Assembly (NCBI GenBank): GCA_951406725.2
Contig: OX597834.1
Location: 30,628,001 to 30,692,000 of the forward strand
DNA length: 64,000 nucleotides
Direction: 5' to 3'
DNA from: Octopus vulgaris
Taxonomy: Eukaryota
Shown: piece by piece, positions 13,120 to 26,678 of the stretch
Layout: every line of letters begins with the position of its first letter
Position numbering within the stretch: position 1 is the first letter of the stretch
Made by a program: the position numbers and the translations under genes
Notes under the pieces: model-generated
Told to the model about the DNA's origin: nothing
Databases searched by the model: none
The model's input: only the letters and a program-made list of their open reading frames with translations

Positions 13120-13399
13120 TATCCAAAGTAAATAAAGATAGGAATAATTACAACATTTATGTCTGATGACGAAAAGGGAAACAAAATAGAGTCCATATTT
13201 GTAATTAACAAGTTAATGATTCATTAAGACACACACATGTACATGTAAAGTTATGTCTGGGAGGTTAGAACATGGATGATGCGGAGGGGAGGAAAAAGAA
13301 GAAGTGAGTGTGTATACAAATGCGCGCGTGCGTGATATGTGTGAGGATAGGAGAGAGAATTGAGAAGGTAGGTAGGAGACGATGAAACTGAGAGGGGGA

Positions 13400-13915
<516 letters not shown>

Positions 13916-16076
13916 TTAGAATGTGTATGATGACGGAATAAAGAAAACAATAAAAGAAAATATAGATATATTGATAGAGAGAAGTAAGATGTACGACGCC
14001 TGTATATTAATTAGATGTAAGAAATGATGAGAGGGAGAGATGATGAGAGAAAAGAGAGACAGAAAAAAGATGAAAAAAGAGAAAAGATGAAAGAAATGAA
14101 CGACCATGAAAAGTACAAAAGACTGAAAACTTGATACAACAACTGAACATTATTATTATTATTATTATTATTATTATGAATGGTGGTGTGTATGGTGCTG
14201 GTGGTGGTGTAATAGGGTGGATGCTGTTGCTATGTTCAGGGTGTATTACAGTAAGGGTGGCAGTGTTGGCGGTGAGGAGCCGTAGAGAGATGTTAACGGT
14301 GAACTGTTGCTCTCTTATTGTTTGCCCTCCATTAGCCGGCCCTCAATCGAGCAGCAGACCTAAGCTTTCGGGCAATACAGCCATGACCATCTCACCTATT
14401 TCTTAGCACTTAATCCACAAACCTTGTGGTTTTTTTAGGAGTGCAGCCTGATGAACATAACATGTCTCAAGTTTATAAAAGTAAACGAAACCTGATGGCA
14501 GTTGTTTCTAGCATGTCAGATGACCACATGAAGGCCCTCCCAGCTACACACACACACACACACACTTGTGTGCTGTGATTTTGAAATTTCTCAAATTCCT
14601 TCCATAAGCATAGCTGTGTGGTTAAGCAGCTTGCTCCCTAACCAAGTGATCATGTTTTCAGTTCTACTGCATGGCCCCCTTGGGCAAGTATCTCCTCTAA
14701 CCACAGACCGACCTATGCCTTGTGTGTGGATTTGGTAGATGGAAACTGAAAGAAGCCTGTCGTGTGTTTGCCCCCCACCACCGCTTGACAACTGATATTG
14801 GTTTGTTTACGCAGCGGTTCGGCAAAAAACACCGATAAAATAAGTAACGGGCTTCAAAAAAATAAATCCTGGAGTAGATTCGTTCAACTAATACCTATTT
14901 CTTTATTACCCACAAGGGGCTAAACATAGAGTGGACAAACAAGGACAGACATAGGTATTAAGTCGATTACATCGACCCCAGTGCGTAACTGGTACTTAAT
15001 TTATCGACCCCGAAAGGATGAAAGGCAAAGTGTTCAACTAATACCATTCAAGACGGAACCCCAGCATGGCCGCAGTCCAATGACTGAAACAAGTTTATAA
15101 AAAAAAAAAAAAGATAAAAGCCCCAAGGAATCGTTCCGTCTTCCTCCAGTATTTGGCTGGCATCAAATAGTTATCAACCTCAGAAGGGCGAAAGGCAAGA
15201 ACTAACTTTGGCGAGGTTCGAACATAGAACATGAAAAACATAGAACATGACTTAATACGATAGTGGTGATAATCCATGTTTGTTGTACAGGTAGCGGTGG
15301 CGGCGATGCTATGATAGTAGTTTATTAGTGGTATGTATGGTAAAGTAGCGACGGTGGCATCAATGTTGGTGTTTAGACCCAGGAAAACCCCCGAATAAGA
15401 AAGACTTGTTGATCAAAAGCCATTCTAGCCGTGACCATTCCGTATGGAACTACGTTATTGCAACGTATCCTTTTTTCTTAATTCGGCAATGTGATTTGAG
15501 AGAAATTTGGCTGTTATTTCTCGCAGGGTTGAGCAACGGTAGATTAGAAAATCATTATGTTTTAACAAGAATAAAATTGACAGTGACTTCAGAAGTTCCG
15601 GCCAGCAAAGCCGTCATCGGACTGTGTAATTCATCTTGGCTATAAACATAATTATTTTGTCTTGTTTGATTTGTGTGTGTGTGTGTGTGTGTGTGTGAGC
15701 AAATGAAGCGAGACAGAAAAAATAAAGTCATACACATATACACACAAGCAAATCAAACGAGACAGAGGATAGTCACAAACATACACACACACACTGGCAA
15801 GGAAGAGTGTTTAACAAGTTCAAATTACAATAACTCCAAGAATAATAATATTATTATTGTTATTATTACTAACCGTGTCCGTGGCCAGAATTGTTGTTGT
15901 ATGTAACAACAATGTAGAGAGAAAAACACAATGTAGGTAAGATCCAACAAAGAAAGCGGACTCCGAGTGTGTGTAAGTGTGAAACAAAGACTTAATGTGT
16001 GTGAGAGAGAGATAGATAGATAGATAGATAGATAGAGAAACTGTGTGTGTTAGTGATGTGTATGTATTAGAGAATG

Positions 16077-16120
<44 letters not shown>

Positions 16121-16956
16121 TTTGGGTGATAGAGACAAACAGAATGTGTGAAAAAGAAAGGGAGAGAGAGAAAGGTGTATGTATAAGGGTGAGATAGATA
16201 GGCTAAATGAATGATGTGTGTGTGTGTGTCAGAGAAAGAATGAATGAGTGTGTGTGTTAGAAGGAAATAGGTTCTGTATGTATGTGTATTAATGAATGAC
16301 AGAATGTGTATGTATGTGTGTGTGTGAGAGAGAGAGAGAGAATGTGTGTGTGTGTATTAGTGTTATGTGCTTTCGGCGAAGTTAGTTTCAAAAGCAGGAA
16401 CTAGCATCGATCCATCATCATCATTATCATCATGGTAATACTCAAGAGAATAAACAACCCAATATATGGTTGATGGTGGTGGTGGTGGTGTTTTTTTTTT
16501 TTTTTTTTTCTAGATTAGTAACGGTGATGATGTGGTATTCATCCCAGATCGCACCTTAATAAAAAAAAAATTGATAAATCTATTGTCGTATACAACAGCG
16601 AAAAACAACAGTTGCTCTTGCTTCTACTCTTTCCTTCTGACGTCTGCTGTCTGCTCTGGGATTTGTGGATGTGTTTTTTTTGTTCTTTCTTTTTGTAATA
16701 ACAGCTCACCACTATCACCGCCACCACCACCGCACACTCGCTATATACACACACTCATCCTATACATACAGCAGCAGCAGCCTAGACACACACATACATA
16801 CATATATATATATACATATATACACACACCTTCAATGTTCTCTCAGCACGCGAGCGCGCGCAGACTGCTTCGTTTTCTCGCGGCTGCTTTCTTTTACAAA
16901 ACCGGATTGCTTAACAGGTTTGTGTGTGTGTGTGTGATGTGTGTGTGTATGTGTGC

Positions 16957-16988
<32 letters not shown>

Positions 16989-18129
16989 TCGTTCAGTGTA
17001 GACATTTCTTAAGATGTGTGTGCGTGTATACACGTATATATATTAGCAATATGTATGTATAGTGTGTGTGTGTATGAGTGTGTGTGTATGAGTGTGTGTG
17101 TGTATGAGTGTGTGTGTGTATGAGTGTGTGTGTGTATGAGTTTGTGTGTGTATGAGTTTGTGTGTGTATGAGTTTGTTTGTGTATGAGTGTGTGTGTATG
17201 AGTGTGTGTGTATGAGTTTGTGTGTGTATGAGTGTATGTATGAGTGTGTGTGTATGAGTGTGTGTGTGTATGAGTGTGTGTGTAGTGAGTTTGTGTGTGT
17301 GTGTATGAGTGTGAGTGTGTGTATGAGTGTGTGTTCGTTCAGTGTAGACAAGATGTATGTGCGTGTATACACGTATATATATTAACAATATGTATGTATA
17401 GTGTGCGTGTGTGTGAGTGTGTGCGTGTGACTGTGTGTATGTGTGTGTGTATGAGTGTGTGTGTGTGTGTACGTGCGTGTGTGTATGTGTTCGTTCAGTG
17501 TAGACATTTCTTAAGATGTGTGTGCGTGTATACACGTATATATATTAGCAATATGTATGTATAGTGTGTGTATGTGTGTGTGCATGCGTGTCAGAACACT
17601 ATGTGTACGTGTGTGCGTATATATTTACACACACACATACACACATAAAATGACTACAAAACACTTAGGGACGTTTATGCAAATTTTTTTTATACGGTTA
17701 GTACTTATGTGTATACACACACACACACACACAGAGCCATACATAAACACATACACACATACAAACACAGGTGCGTGTGTGTATGTGTTTTGCCTGCGTA
17801 AATCTGAATTGCCAACACGAAGTGGGTTCGCACCATTCACCTTATTCCACTTACATCACCTTCGTTATGACGACGACGACGACGATGATGATGATGATGA
17901 TGATGATCATCATCATCATCATCATCATCACCGCTATCATTAAGCACTAAAAGTGCTGCTGCTGCTGCTGCTGCTGTACAGCTGCCGTTAATTGTTGCCA
18001 GAGTTGCATCCCCAGCTGCTATGATTACCACCACCACCACCACCACCATCATCATTATTCTACTGATGACGACGACGCTCCCCACCCCATCACCACCATT
18101 ACTACTACTACTACTAATAGTACATTATG

Positions 18130-18160
<31 letters not shown>

Positions 18161-18785
18161 GACGACGACTGTTATACCATTTACTATTTCTACCACCGCC
18201 GTAATTAACACAACCGACGCCAGCACCACCACCACCACAACTTTCTTCTACTACAACATCTAATCCTGTTACCACCGCTACTACCACCAGAACTACTACT
18301 ACCAAAACTTTCACCACCGCGACTACCACCACTACAACTACAACCAAGACCACCACAACAACCACCACCACCGTCAGAAACCCCACTAAAACAGGTGATG
18401 AAAAAAAACTTAGCAGGTAACCTTCATCCACCTTATTACATTACTTGCCGCCCTCACCCTCACCCTCCATCCTCCCACACTCCTACCACGCCCACCACAA
18501 CACCACCAACAGCAGCATCACCATATTGCACTGTACGCCACCCATCCCCCTAACCTCACCCAACCAGGCAGCAAGCTACCCATCCTTAGTATCAAAGGCA
18601 TTACGAAGTACCCCACCACCACCAAAGGACTAATAACAGACTTACACATCAAACATAAACAACAACAACAATGAAGCACTATGTGGTCTTCAGCCATGCT
18701 TGAAACAGCAGCCAAAAGAAACATGTCCCTCAAATCACGCCCCTCATTGTCATAGATGTTTTAATGTTCATTTTTCCTTGGTTAC

Positions 18786-18952
18786 CAGGGCCGGCCTTAG
18801 GGTTGCTGGTGCCCCAGGCAAGCTGAACTTCGGCACGGTCATGGAAATTTCCTTGTCTTTGTCACGCAACCCCACCCCGCCCCTTGGTGCACCCCTAGCA
18901 CATGGCACCCTGGGGCGACTGCCCGAGTTGCCAGTACCTTGAGCCGGCCCTG
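18786..18952. mobile_element. hAT-type MITE (167 bp)
   Basis: TIRs cagggccggc / gccggccctg; 8-bp flanks ttggttac / ttgcttac (TSD with one mismatch). Confidence 0.8.
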
Positions 18953-19425
18953 TTGCTTACCTGGGTCTGATGGAGTAAAGTGGAGCAGATGTTTTGGGTA
19001 AAGCCAGATTCCCTTCTAATCACCGACCCCAACTTGTTTCCAAGCCAGGTAAGACTTTGCCCATGGCCAGACATGTTTTAGTGGAAGATTGGGAATGAAT
19101 GACACTGCTTGTATGACAGTGACACTTGTTTACAACTGTCACATGTTGACAATATGTCAAGACACATAAACCCACATATACACACACGTGTGTGTATGTA
19201 GGTTTGTATGTATATCATCATCATCATCATCATCATCGTTTAACGTCCGTTCTCCATGCTAGCATGGGTTGGACGGTTCGACCGGGGTTCTGGGAAGCCA
19301 GAAGGCTGCACCAAGCTCCAGTCTAATCTGGCAATGTTTCTACAGCTGGATGCCCTTCCTAACGCCAATATATATATATATACATATATATATATACACA
19401 TGCACACAGACATATACATACACAC

Positions 19426-19463
<38 letters not shown>

Positions 19464-19841
19464 GTGCACACACATACATACATACATACACACACGTGTG
19501 TGTGTGTATATATATATGCACACATACATAGACACAAATCTTTTATCCTTTACTTGTTTCAGTCATTAGACTACGGCCATGCTGGAGCACCACCTTGAGG
19601 AATTTGTAGTTGAGTGAATCAACCTCAATACAAGTTCTTTTTAAAGCCTGGTACTTATTTCATTGGTCTCTTTTGCTGAACTGCTAAGCCACACATGTAT
19701 ACATGCATATACACACATATACATACCCACAATACACACACATATTTATATGTAAATACATACACATATACACACAATATATAGGCCCTTTTGAGTTATT
19801 TCCTTTACCCAAATACTATGGAACAAAAAAGATTTCATAAC

Positions 19842-20370
19842 CATCATCATCGTTTAACGTCCGTTTTCCATGCTGGCATGGGTTGGACGGTTCGACTGGG
19901 TCTGGGAAGCCAGGGGTTTGCACCAGTCCCCCAATCTGATCTGGCAGTGTTTCTACATCTGGATGCCCTTCTTAACGCCAACCACTCCAAGAGTGTAGTG
20001 GGTGCTTTTTACATGCCACAGGCACAGGGGCCGGAGGAGCTGGCATCAACTGCAATCGGATGGTGCTTTCTATGTGCCACCGGCACAGAAGCCAGTCAAG
20101 GCGACGCTGGCATCGGCCATGTCTGGATGGTGCTTTTTACATGCCACTAGCATGGGGGTCACAACTATAATTTGCATTTGATTTTGATGTACTTGACTCA
20201 ATAGGTCCCTTCAAGCATGGCATGTCGCCCTACAATCCAAGGTACTTTTTGAGAGGGCTGGTTATGCGACACTGGTGTAGGTTACAGCTGTGAACTCACT
20301 TTGCCTCTGTGAGGTCCACCTCGTCCCATGTCTTCCTGGGTCCCCTTCTACCCTGGATTCCTTCCACTGT
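19842..20370 (-). mobile_element. RTE-clade LINE 3' end (ORF2 tail plus 3' UTR, (GAT)n tail)
   Basis: Minus-strand EGIQGRRGPRKTWDEV resembles the RTE C-terminal GRGRPRKTW motif. It is followed by the repeat ...ggcgttaagaagggcatccag...gcatggaaaacggacgttaaacgatgatg. Other copies of this UTR: 19215-19368, 20820-20995, 27145-27430, 38714-38865, 40275-40652. Confidence 0.7.
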
Positions 20371-20679
20371 TTGGGAGTGGCCATAATGAAGGTGGAAAAT
20401 ATAAAAAGGAACTCAAAAGGGGAGATGGAGTTATTTGGTTCATCTGTATTTTTGTCATTTTATACATATAAAGGAGATCGATATATAGATACCTCCATAA
20501 ACACACACACACACATCTGAAAGATGGGAGGATTAATTTTCAAATTGTACAGTTTTGTCATGAGAAAATCTGCAACTACAGAGCAGGTCAACTAGTCTAA
20601 GTTCATAGATGTGTGTGTATGTATGTATGTACGTGTGTATATATATCATGAGAACACATTCCCACAACAGTATAGAAAC

Positions 20680-20724
<45 letters not shown>

Positions 20725-21299
20725 CTATGACAGCATAAAAAAATGAGCATTCATCATAATTTAATATCTGTTTTCTATGCTGGCATATGTTATATACATG
20801 TGTATGTATGCGTGTTTGCTGGTACCACATGAAAAGCACCCATTACACTCTGTAAAGTGGTTAGTGTTATGAAGGGCATCCAGCCATAGAAACCCTGCCA
20901 AACTAGACAATTGAAGCCCGGTACAGCTCTCCAGCTTGCCGACTCCTGTCAAACTGTCCAAACCATGCCAACATGGAAACACGTTAAATGATTATGATTC
21001 ATATGTATGTATATAACAAATTAATAAATAAAACATATGTATATATGTACATACCTACATATATACATGCATATATGGGTACAGGACACCAAAAAACGTA
21101 GAACACAATGAGAAACGAAAACATAAAAACAAAAACATGGAAACAGACTTTTTCAAACAACGGAAAAACAGAGTACAAGACATACAACACAAGGAATATT
21201 CCCGTAGGTATGTACATATATGTATGTATATATGCATATGCTTTATTTATTAATTTGTTATTATATGATCGAATGCCACGCATCCACTTCCAAGTAAGT

Positions 21300-21382
<83 letters not shown>

Positions 21383-21414
21383 TTTATTTAAAAGCAGCAG
21401 AAATTCAACAATAC

Positions 21415-21452
21415 CTGTTACTCAGAGTTTCACGTTCCCGTTCGTCGGACAG
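21415..21452 (-). ncRNA. Minimal type I hammerhead ribozyme motif (U4C variant)
   Basis: Minus strand reads ctgt CCGACGA acg-ggaa-cgt GAAA ctc-t-gag TA acag: all three stems pair, GNRA loop on stem II, near-palindromic stem III. Confidence 0.7.
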
Positions 21453-21536
21453 TTTTGTTAAAATTTTAATAAAGCATATTACTCTACCCCTGGTATTTGA
21501 GTACTCTTTTTTTCCACCTTGTATGTGTTTACTCCA

Positions 21537-21596
<60 letters not shown>

Positions 21597-21774
21597 AGAA
21601 CTACTTGACATTGGCCATGTTAAAAAAAAAAAACAGATGGAATTTCATTCCAAACCTTATCTATTTCCACAATATTTATTGTGATTAGTGATTCTAACAA
21701 TACTAACAGAACAACAAATTCCGTGAGATCAACAACAACAGACTAAAACAGGAAATACATAACAAGAAAACAAT

Positions 21775-22143
21775 AAGACTTCTTTATACACAACATAACG
21801 GGTTTTTCCCAATGGAGTATAAATGAAAAGATTTTTTTGAACTTTGACCGTGTGAGCATCCAACATACAATTGTCCATGAGAGAAGCAAGACTTCTAATT
21901 GCAAATCACTTCCTGCTAATGTCTGTCCCTATGATTTCTTGATGGATGTTGCAAAACTTGGTCTAACTGGAAACTGTACTCTTTAAAACTGTACAGGTAA
22001 ACCAGTAGACATTAAACAAATACATTCTCACCTGTTCTGCCTCAAGAGTGCAGTAGCTTCTATAGCATACAGCAGCATTTTCTTTACAATAAGCCTTGTT
22101 CCACTGTGAAATTTTGGAGGTTCTAAATTTCTTAAAAGCATTA
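21775..22143 (-). pseudogene. Decayed Helitron Rep/Hel PIF1-type helicase C-terminal fragment
   Basis: Manual translation with stops and frameshifts: MLLRNLEPPKFHSGTRLIVKK..AIEAT / LPVQF*RVQFPVRPSFATSIKKS*GQTL / CFSHGQLYVGCS / NLFIYTPLGKTRYVVYKEVL. These match the PIF1/Helitron helicase motifs MLLRNL-P-L-NGTRL, RxQFP-AFA-TINKSQGQTL, FSHGQLYVA-SR and NIVYKEVL. Confidence 0.9.
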
Positions 22144-23414
22144 ATGTTTCAAGTTTCAAGAAATAAAGTGTCTTGCCCAAGAACACACAACACAGCCTGG
22201 TCAGGGAATTGAACTCACTATCTCATGATTATCAGTTCGATGCTCTTACCACTGAGCCACATATGTATATATATGTATGTATGTATGTAGCTAACATGGA
22301 AGACAGATATTAAATGATAATATATTCACAGATTAGCCAATTTACCACACACACACACATTATTTTACATCTGGGTTAATAGATGTGAAGAACTGTAGTT
22401 AATACGAATAAGAGTCTAATTAATATGAATCTACTAACGAGTTCTTTTACATGCTCTATTTATTAAATTCCTACGTTATAGAAATAGGAAAATAGGACAA
22501 CATTATTTTAGACACATAACGAACACAGACACACACATAGATTAGGCTTAGGATTATTATGATCTTGAAGACTCCTAACATAAGAGATTAACTTGGATTA
22601 CCAGTCCATCACAGATCAACTTCTCAGCCATTCTGGAACTCTTTTCACAGCAGACAAACACATCTTTAATTTTTTAGTTGTTTCAGTCATTAGACTGCGG
22701 CCATACTGGGGCACCACCTAGAAGGATTTTTAGATGAATAAATCAACCCCTGTACTTTTTTTTTCTTTAATGTTCAAGTACTCATTCTGTCAGTCTCTTT
22801 TGCCAAACTGCTTGCATGGGTTGGGAAATTTACTGAGGCAGACTTTCTATGGCTGGATGCTCTTGTTGTTGCCAACTCTCACCTATTTCCAAGTAAAGTA
22901 ATATTTCCCCCATGGCCTGACATGTTTTTCATGAATGATTGAAAATGAACAGCACCACTTGTATAACAGTGATGCTCATTTACAACCAATGCAAGATGTC
23001 AAAACAAGAGTACACACACGCACACACACACACAAACTGTGGACTTCTTTCACTTTCCACTCATTAAAGGCTTTGGTCAGCCTGGGACTATAATAGAAGA
23101 TACTAGTCCAATGTTCCACATAGGACTGAACCGGAGATCACATTGTTAGGAAGCGAGTTTCTCAACCACACAGCCACATCAGTGCTTATATTGTGTGTGT
23201 GTGTATGTGTGTGTGTGTGTGTGTGTCTCAGTCGACTCATCACAAGCAATAAATTAAATGACTCAATACAAGTATAGATTATTATTTAACACACTATAAT
23301 TGAATGGCTCCTGTTTCCAGTACTCTGTGTTACTCATTTCTGATCATAAGCACATATGTGTGGACACACACACAGAGGGACAGACACACTCTTTAAACCA
23401 AGATGAAGGCTTAC

Positions 23415-23510
23415 ATCCAAGACGTGGTCCTTTGTCCTGCCTGCAACCTCACTGGTTACAACAACAAGCGTTCCAGTTGTTAGGACCTGGTCAGTCATGC
23501 ATTTTATTTT
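23415..23510 (-). CDS. Candidate internal exon KIKCMTDQVLTTGTLVVVTSEVAGRTKDHVLD (phase 0-0)
   Basis: Acceptor acacactttcag|AAA ATA, strong donor GAT|gtaagc, 96 nt = 32 codons, no stops. Confidence 0.65.
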
Positions 23511-23744
23511 CTGAAAGTGTGTACAATTAAAATTACTGTTTTTGACACAAAACCCGCACACACCTTGGTTCAAGATGAACTGCAGTAAGGAAACAGCAGA
23601 GTTTAAATTGGTGAAGTGTGATAAGGTATAACAGGTGTGCAATATATGCACAGGTGTACAATACTGCAGAAAACAATTGCAACATAAATATAAAAAATAA
23701 CAATTTGTGGAAGCATAATTAGAAAGTGATATACAGGTTATCAA

Positions 23745-24020
23745 CAGAACAGCCTGCCCATGAAATTAACATGAAAGTGGTTGAGCACTCTACACTGATG
23801 CACAGACCCTTAATGAAGTTTTTAGGGAGATTCAGCATGACACAGAATGTGACAAGGCTGGCCCCTTTTCAATTCCAGGTACAACTCATTTTTGCCAGGT
23901 GAGTGGACTGATGGAACATCAAATAAAGTGTCTTACTCAAGGACACAACACACAGCTGGGGATTGAACTCATGACCTTACAATTGTGAGCCTAATACCTA
24001 AACCAATAAGCCACGCACCT
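23745..24020 (-). mobile_element. Third tRNA-derived SINE family; partial copies at about 22160-22260 and 29930-30065
   Basis: Minus-strand head gtgcgtggcttattggttt...gagttcaatccc (A/B-box-like), then tgtgtccttgagtaagacactttat; recurs in the window. Confidence 0.7.
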
Positions 24021-24037
24021 TCACCATATTGTGAGAT

Positions 24038-24080
24038 GCTTATAACACTTTGGTTTCCCAAGCGATCACTCACCAAAGTA
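24038..24080 (-). pseudogene. Possible degenerate 5S rRNA 3' fragment
   Basis: Minus strand tactttggtgagtgatcgcttgggaaaccaaagtgttataagc aligns by eye with the 5S 3' half as I recall it (TACTTGGATGGGTGACCGCCTGGGAATACCGGGTGTTGTAG), mostly by transitions; the match is short. Confidence 0.35.
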
Positions 24081-25320
24081 AAGACCCCCCTTCGGTCATG
24101 AATGACCCATGGGATTGCACCTAAAAAGTCCTCTGATTGCACCTAAAAAGTCTGTGTGGTATGAAGTTTGTTTCGCAACCACATGGTTCTGGGTTCAATC
24201 CCACTACATAGCATCTGGGCCAAGTATTTCTATTGTAACTTTGAATGAACAAAAGTCTTGTGAGTGGATTCGGCAGAGGGAAACTAAAAGAAGCCCATTG
24301 TGCATGTGTGTGCATTTCATTGTGTCTGCATTTGTCCCCCACCACCACTTGACAACCAGGGTTTGTGTATTTACATCCCTGTAACTTAGTGGTTCAGCAA
24401 AGTGATACCTATAGAGTAGACCAGGCTTAAAAAAGAAAAAATGATTTGCTTGACTAAAAATTCTTCAAGGCAGTGCCCCAGCATGGCCACAGTCTAAACC
24501 AAGTAAAAGATAAAAGATCTGTGTGTGTGTGTGTGTGTGTTTTATCAAAATTATTTTCAAGAAAGCCTTCGTTATTATGAATTGGGTAGAATCTACCCCA
24601 AGCAGCTATTAAATTACCATACAATCTTGATAAAATCTGTCTCACAGAAACATAAGGCCTGTTGTCATCTCATGAAACACCGAATACTTTGGAACATGTG
24701 AAAAACATTAAATTATAGAATCAACTTAAAACCCACCCACTTTACCAATTTCATGGGGGGTTTTTTGATGTTTTTTTTATATTTTCTAAAGGATTAAGTA
24801 AGGGATTTTGTATGTATTAGGGCATTTTCGTGGGTGTGTATTTGTGTGTGTGAATAGGAGTTTGTGTACATGCAATTGTGAATGTGTGTGTGTGTGTGTG
24901 TGTGTAAGAAACATGGGGGACTGGGATGGGTAGAGGGGAAGATGATGGGAGAATAATTCTTTTTTTTTTTTTTTTAAATTCAACACTCAAAGAACTTTTT
25001 GGGTAACAAGAAAAAATAACAAGAAACCAAGGCAACTAGTGTGACCACAAGTTCAATCCTACTGCACAGCACATCAAGCAAGTGTCTTATGCTAACTAAT
25101 GTCATGGTGCATTAGTAGAATACTCATAAGTGCAGTGATGCATAATATATCTACCCATACATACACACACACACATACATACATAGGGGCAGGTGTGGCT
25201 GTGTGGTAACAAACTACGCTGCAAACACATGGTCCTGGGTTCATGTACATATATACATACATCCATACATACATACATGTGTGTGTGTGTATGTATGTGT
25301 ATTAATGTGTGTGTGTGTTA

Positions 25321-25715
25321 TCTCTCTATATATAAAGCTGAAGTTGTCTGTGTGTGCCAGGTTTGGTAACCTTCAACTAACACTATCTCCTCCGAGACCC
25401 TGCGGCGCAAGTTGACCAAAATTGAGAGTATGATAGAAGAAGGCTTGCTCTTCATTCCGTAGAAGAAATAATTCAAATCAGACCATGTTAACACCAAAAA
25501 TTATTTACATCAAAAAGGTGCTTTTTTTTTTCTATGAAAATCCCTATTTTTAACGATTTTTTGACTGCTGTGTCACCATTTTCCGGTGTATTTCAACCAG
25601 AAAAATGTTCACTTAAAGAGAATAACAAGCTACATAATGCGAAATTTTTACTTTTCAAAAATTCCAATTCTAAAGGGTCGAAACAAATCCGAGCAATGCC
25701 GGGCGATACTGCTAG
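25321..25715 (+). mobile_element. Non-autonomous Helitron
   Basis: A|TCTCTCTATATATAAAG start, subterminal hairpin ccgagcaatgccggg, ends gatactgCTAG|T. Confidence 0.8.
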
Positions 25716-25851
25716 TGTTATTCTAAAAATAAACCACCACATCATTGAAATCCCAAAGTGATGAGAGAATGCATGATTAATTCAAAACAATGTGAATAAA
25801 TAAGCATTAGATTTGTCAGAATAATCTGAATGCAAAGGGGTTAATAATAAT

Positions 25852-25882
<31 letters not shown>

Positions 25883-25883
25883 C

Positions 25884-25952
25884 CGGTCTACTCTGGAACT
25901 CGACTTTTTTTCTTTCCAATTCAAAAACCTCGTCAGTCATGCATTTAATTTT
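25884..25952 (-). CDS. Candidate internal exon KIKCMTDEVFELERKKVEFQSRP (phase 0-0)
   Basis: Acceptor acacactttcag|AAA ATT, donor CCG|gtatta, 69 nt = 23 codons, no stops; phase-compatible with the 31386 donor. Confidence 0.55.
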
Positions 25953-26317
25953 CTGAAAGTGTGTATAATTAAAATTACTATTTTTGACACAAAACCTGCA
26001 CACAACTTGGTTCAAGATAAACTGCAGTAACGAAACAGCAGAGTTTAAATTGGTGAAGTGTGATAAGGTATAACAGGTGTGCAATATATGCACAGGTGTA
26101 CAATACTGCAGAAAACAATTGCAACATAAATTTAAAAAATAACAATTTGTGGAAGCATAATTAGAAAGTGATATGCAGGTAATGCATCATGCAATTACAA
26201 AGTAGAGTTTGGGGCAGAGAAACATGCAACAAAAGCAACATGCAGTAGATGCATCACTGTACAAACAACATGCAAACAGGGTACAAGCCGGTAGCATAGT
26301 TGCAGGGAGCAATTCAC

Positions 26318-26419
26318 CCAGGGTAATGGTTTTTCTTTGGTGGGGGGGGATTTCACTCTTTTGTTTACTGTATAAGGTTCTATAGTCTTGATGGGACCTT
26401 GATAAATGCAGGGGCTACC
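26318..26419 (-). CDS. Weak candidate exon GSPCIYQGPIKTIEPYTVNKRVKSPPTKEKPLPW (phase 0-0)
   Basis: tactcag|GGT ... TGG|gtgaat, 102 nt = 34 codons and open. Polypyrimidine tract is poor and a SINE lies about 25 bp upstream. Confidence 0.3.
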
Positions 26420-26442
26420 CTGAGTATACACATGGTAGCTAT

Positions 26443-26678
26443 ACCTATTTCTTTACCACCCACACGGGGCTAAACACAGAGAGGACAAACAAGGACAGAC
26501 AAACGGATTAAGTCGATTATATCGACCCCAGTGCGTAACTGGTACTTATTTAATCGATCCCGAAAGGATGAAAGGCAAAGTCGACCTCGGCGGAATTTGA
26601 ACTCAGAACGTAACGGCAGACGAAATACCGCTAAGCATTTCGCCCAGCGTGCTAACGATTCTGCCAGCTCGCCGCCTT
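26443..26678 (-). mobile_element. SINE family B, young full-length copy
   Basis: Reverse complement of the family B consensus; flanked by repeated gtagctata. Confidence 0.9.

Noticed and set aside
13160-13197. CTGATGA...GAAAC...GTC hammerhead-like string
   Set aside because: Stem II has only 1 bp and stem I does not pair next to the core; probably chance.
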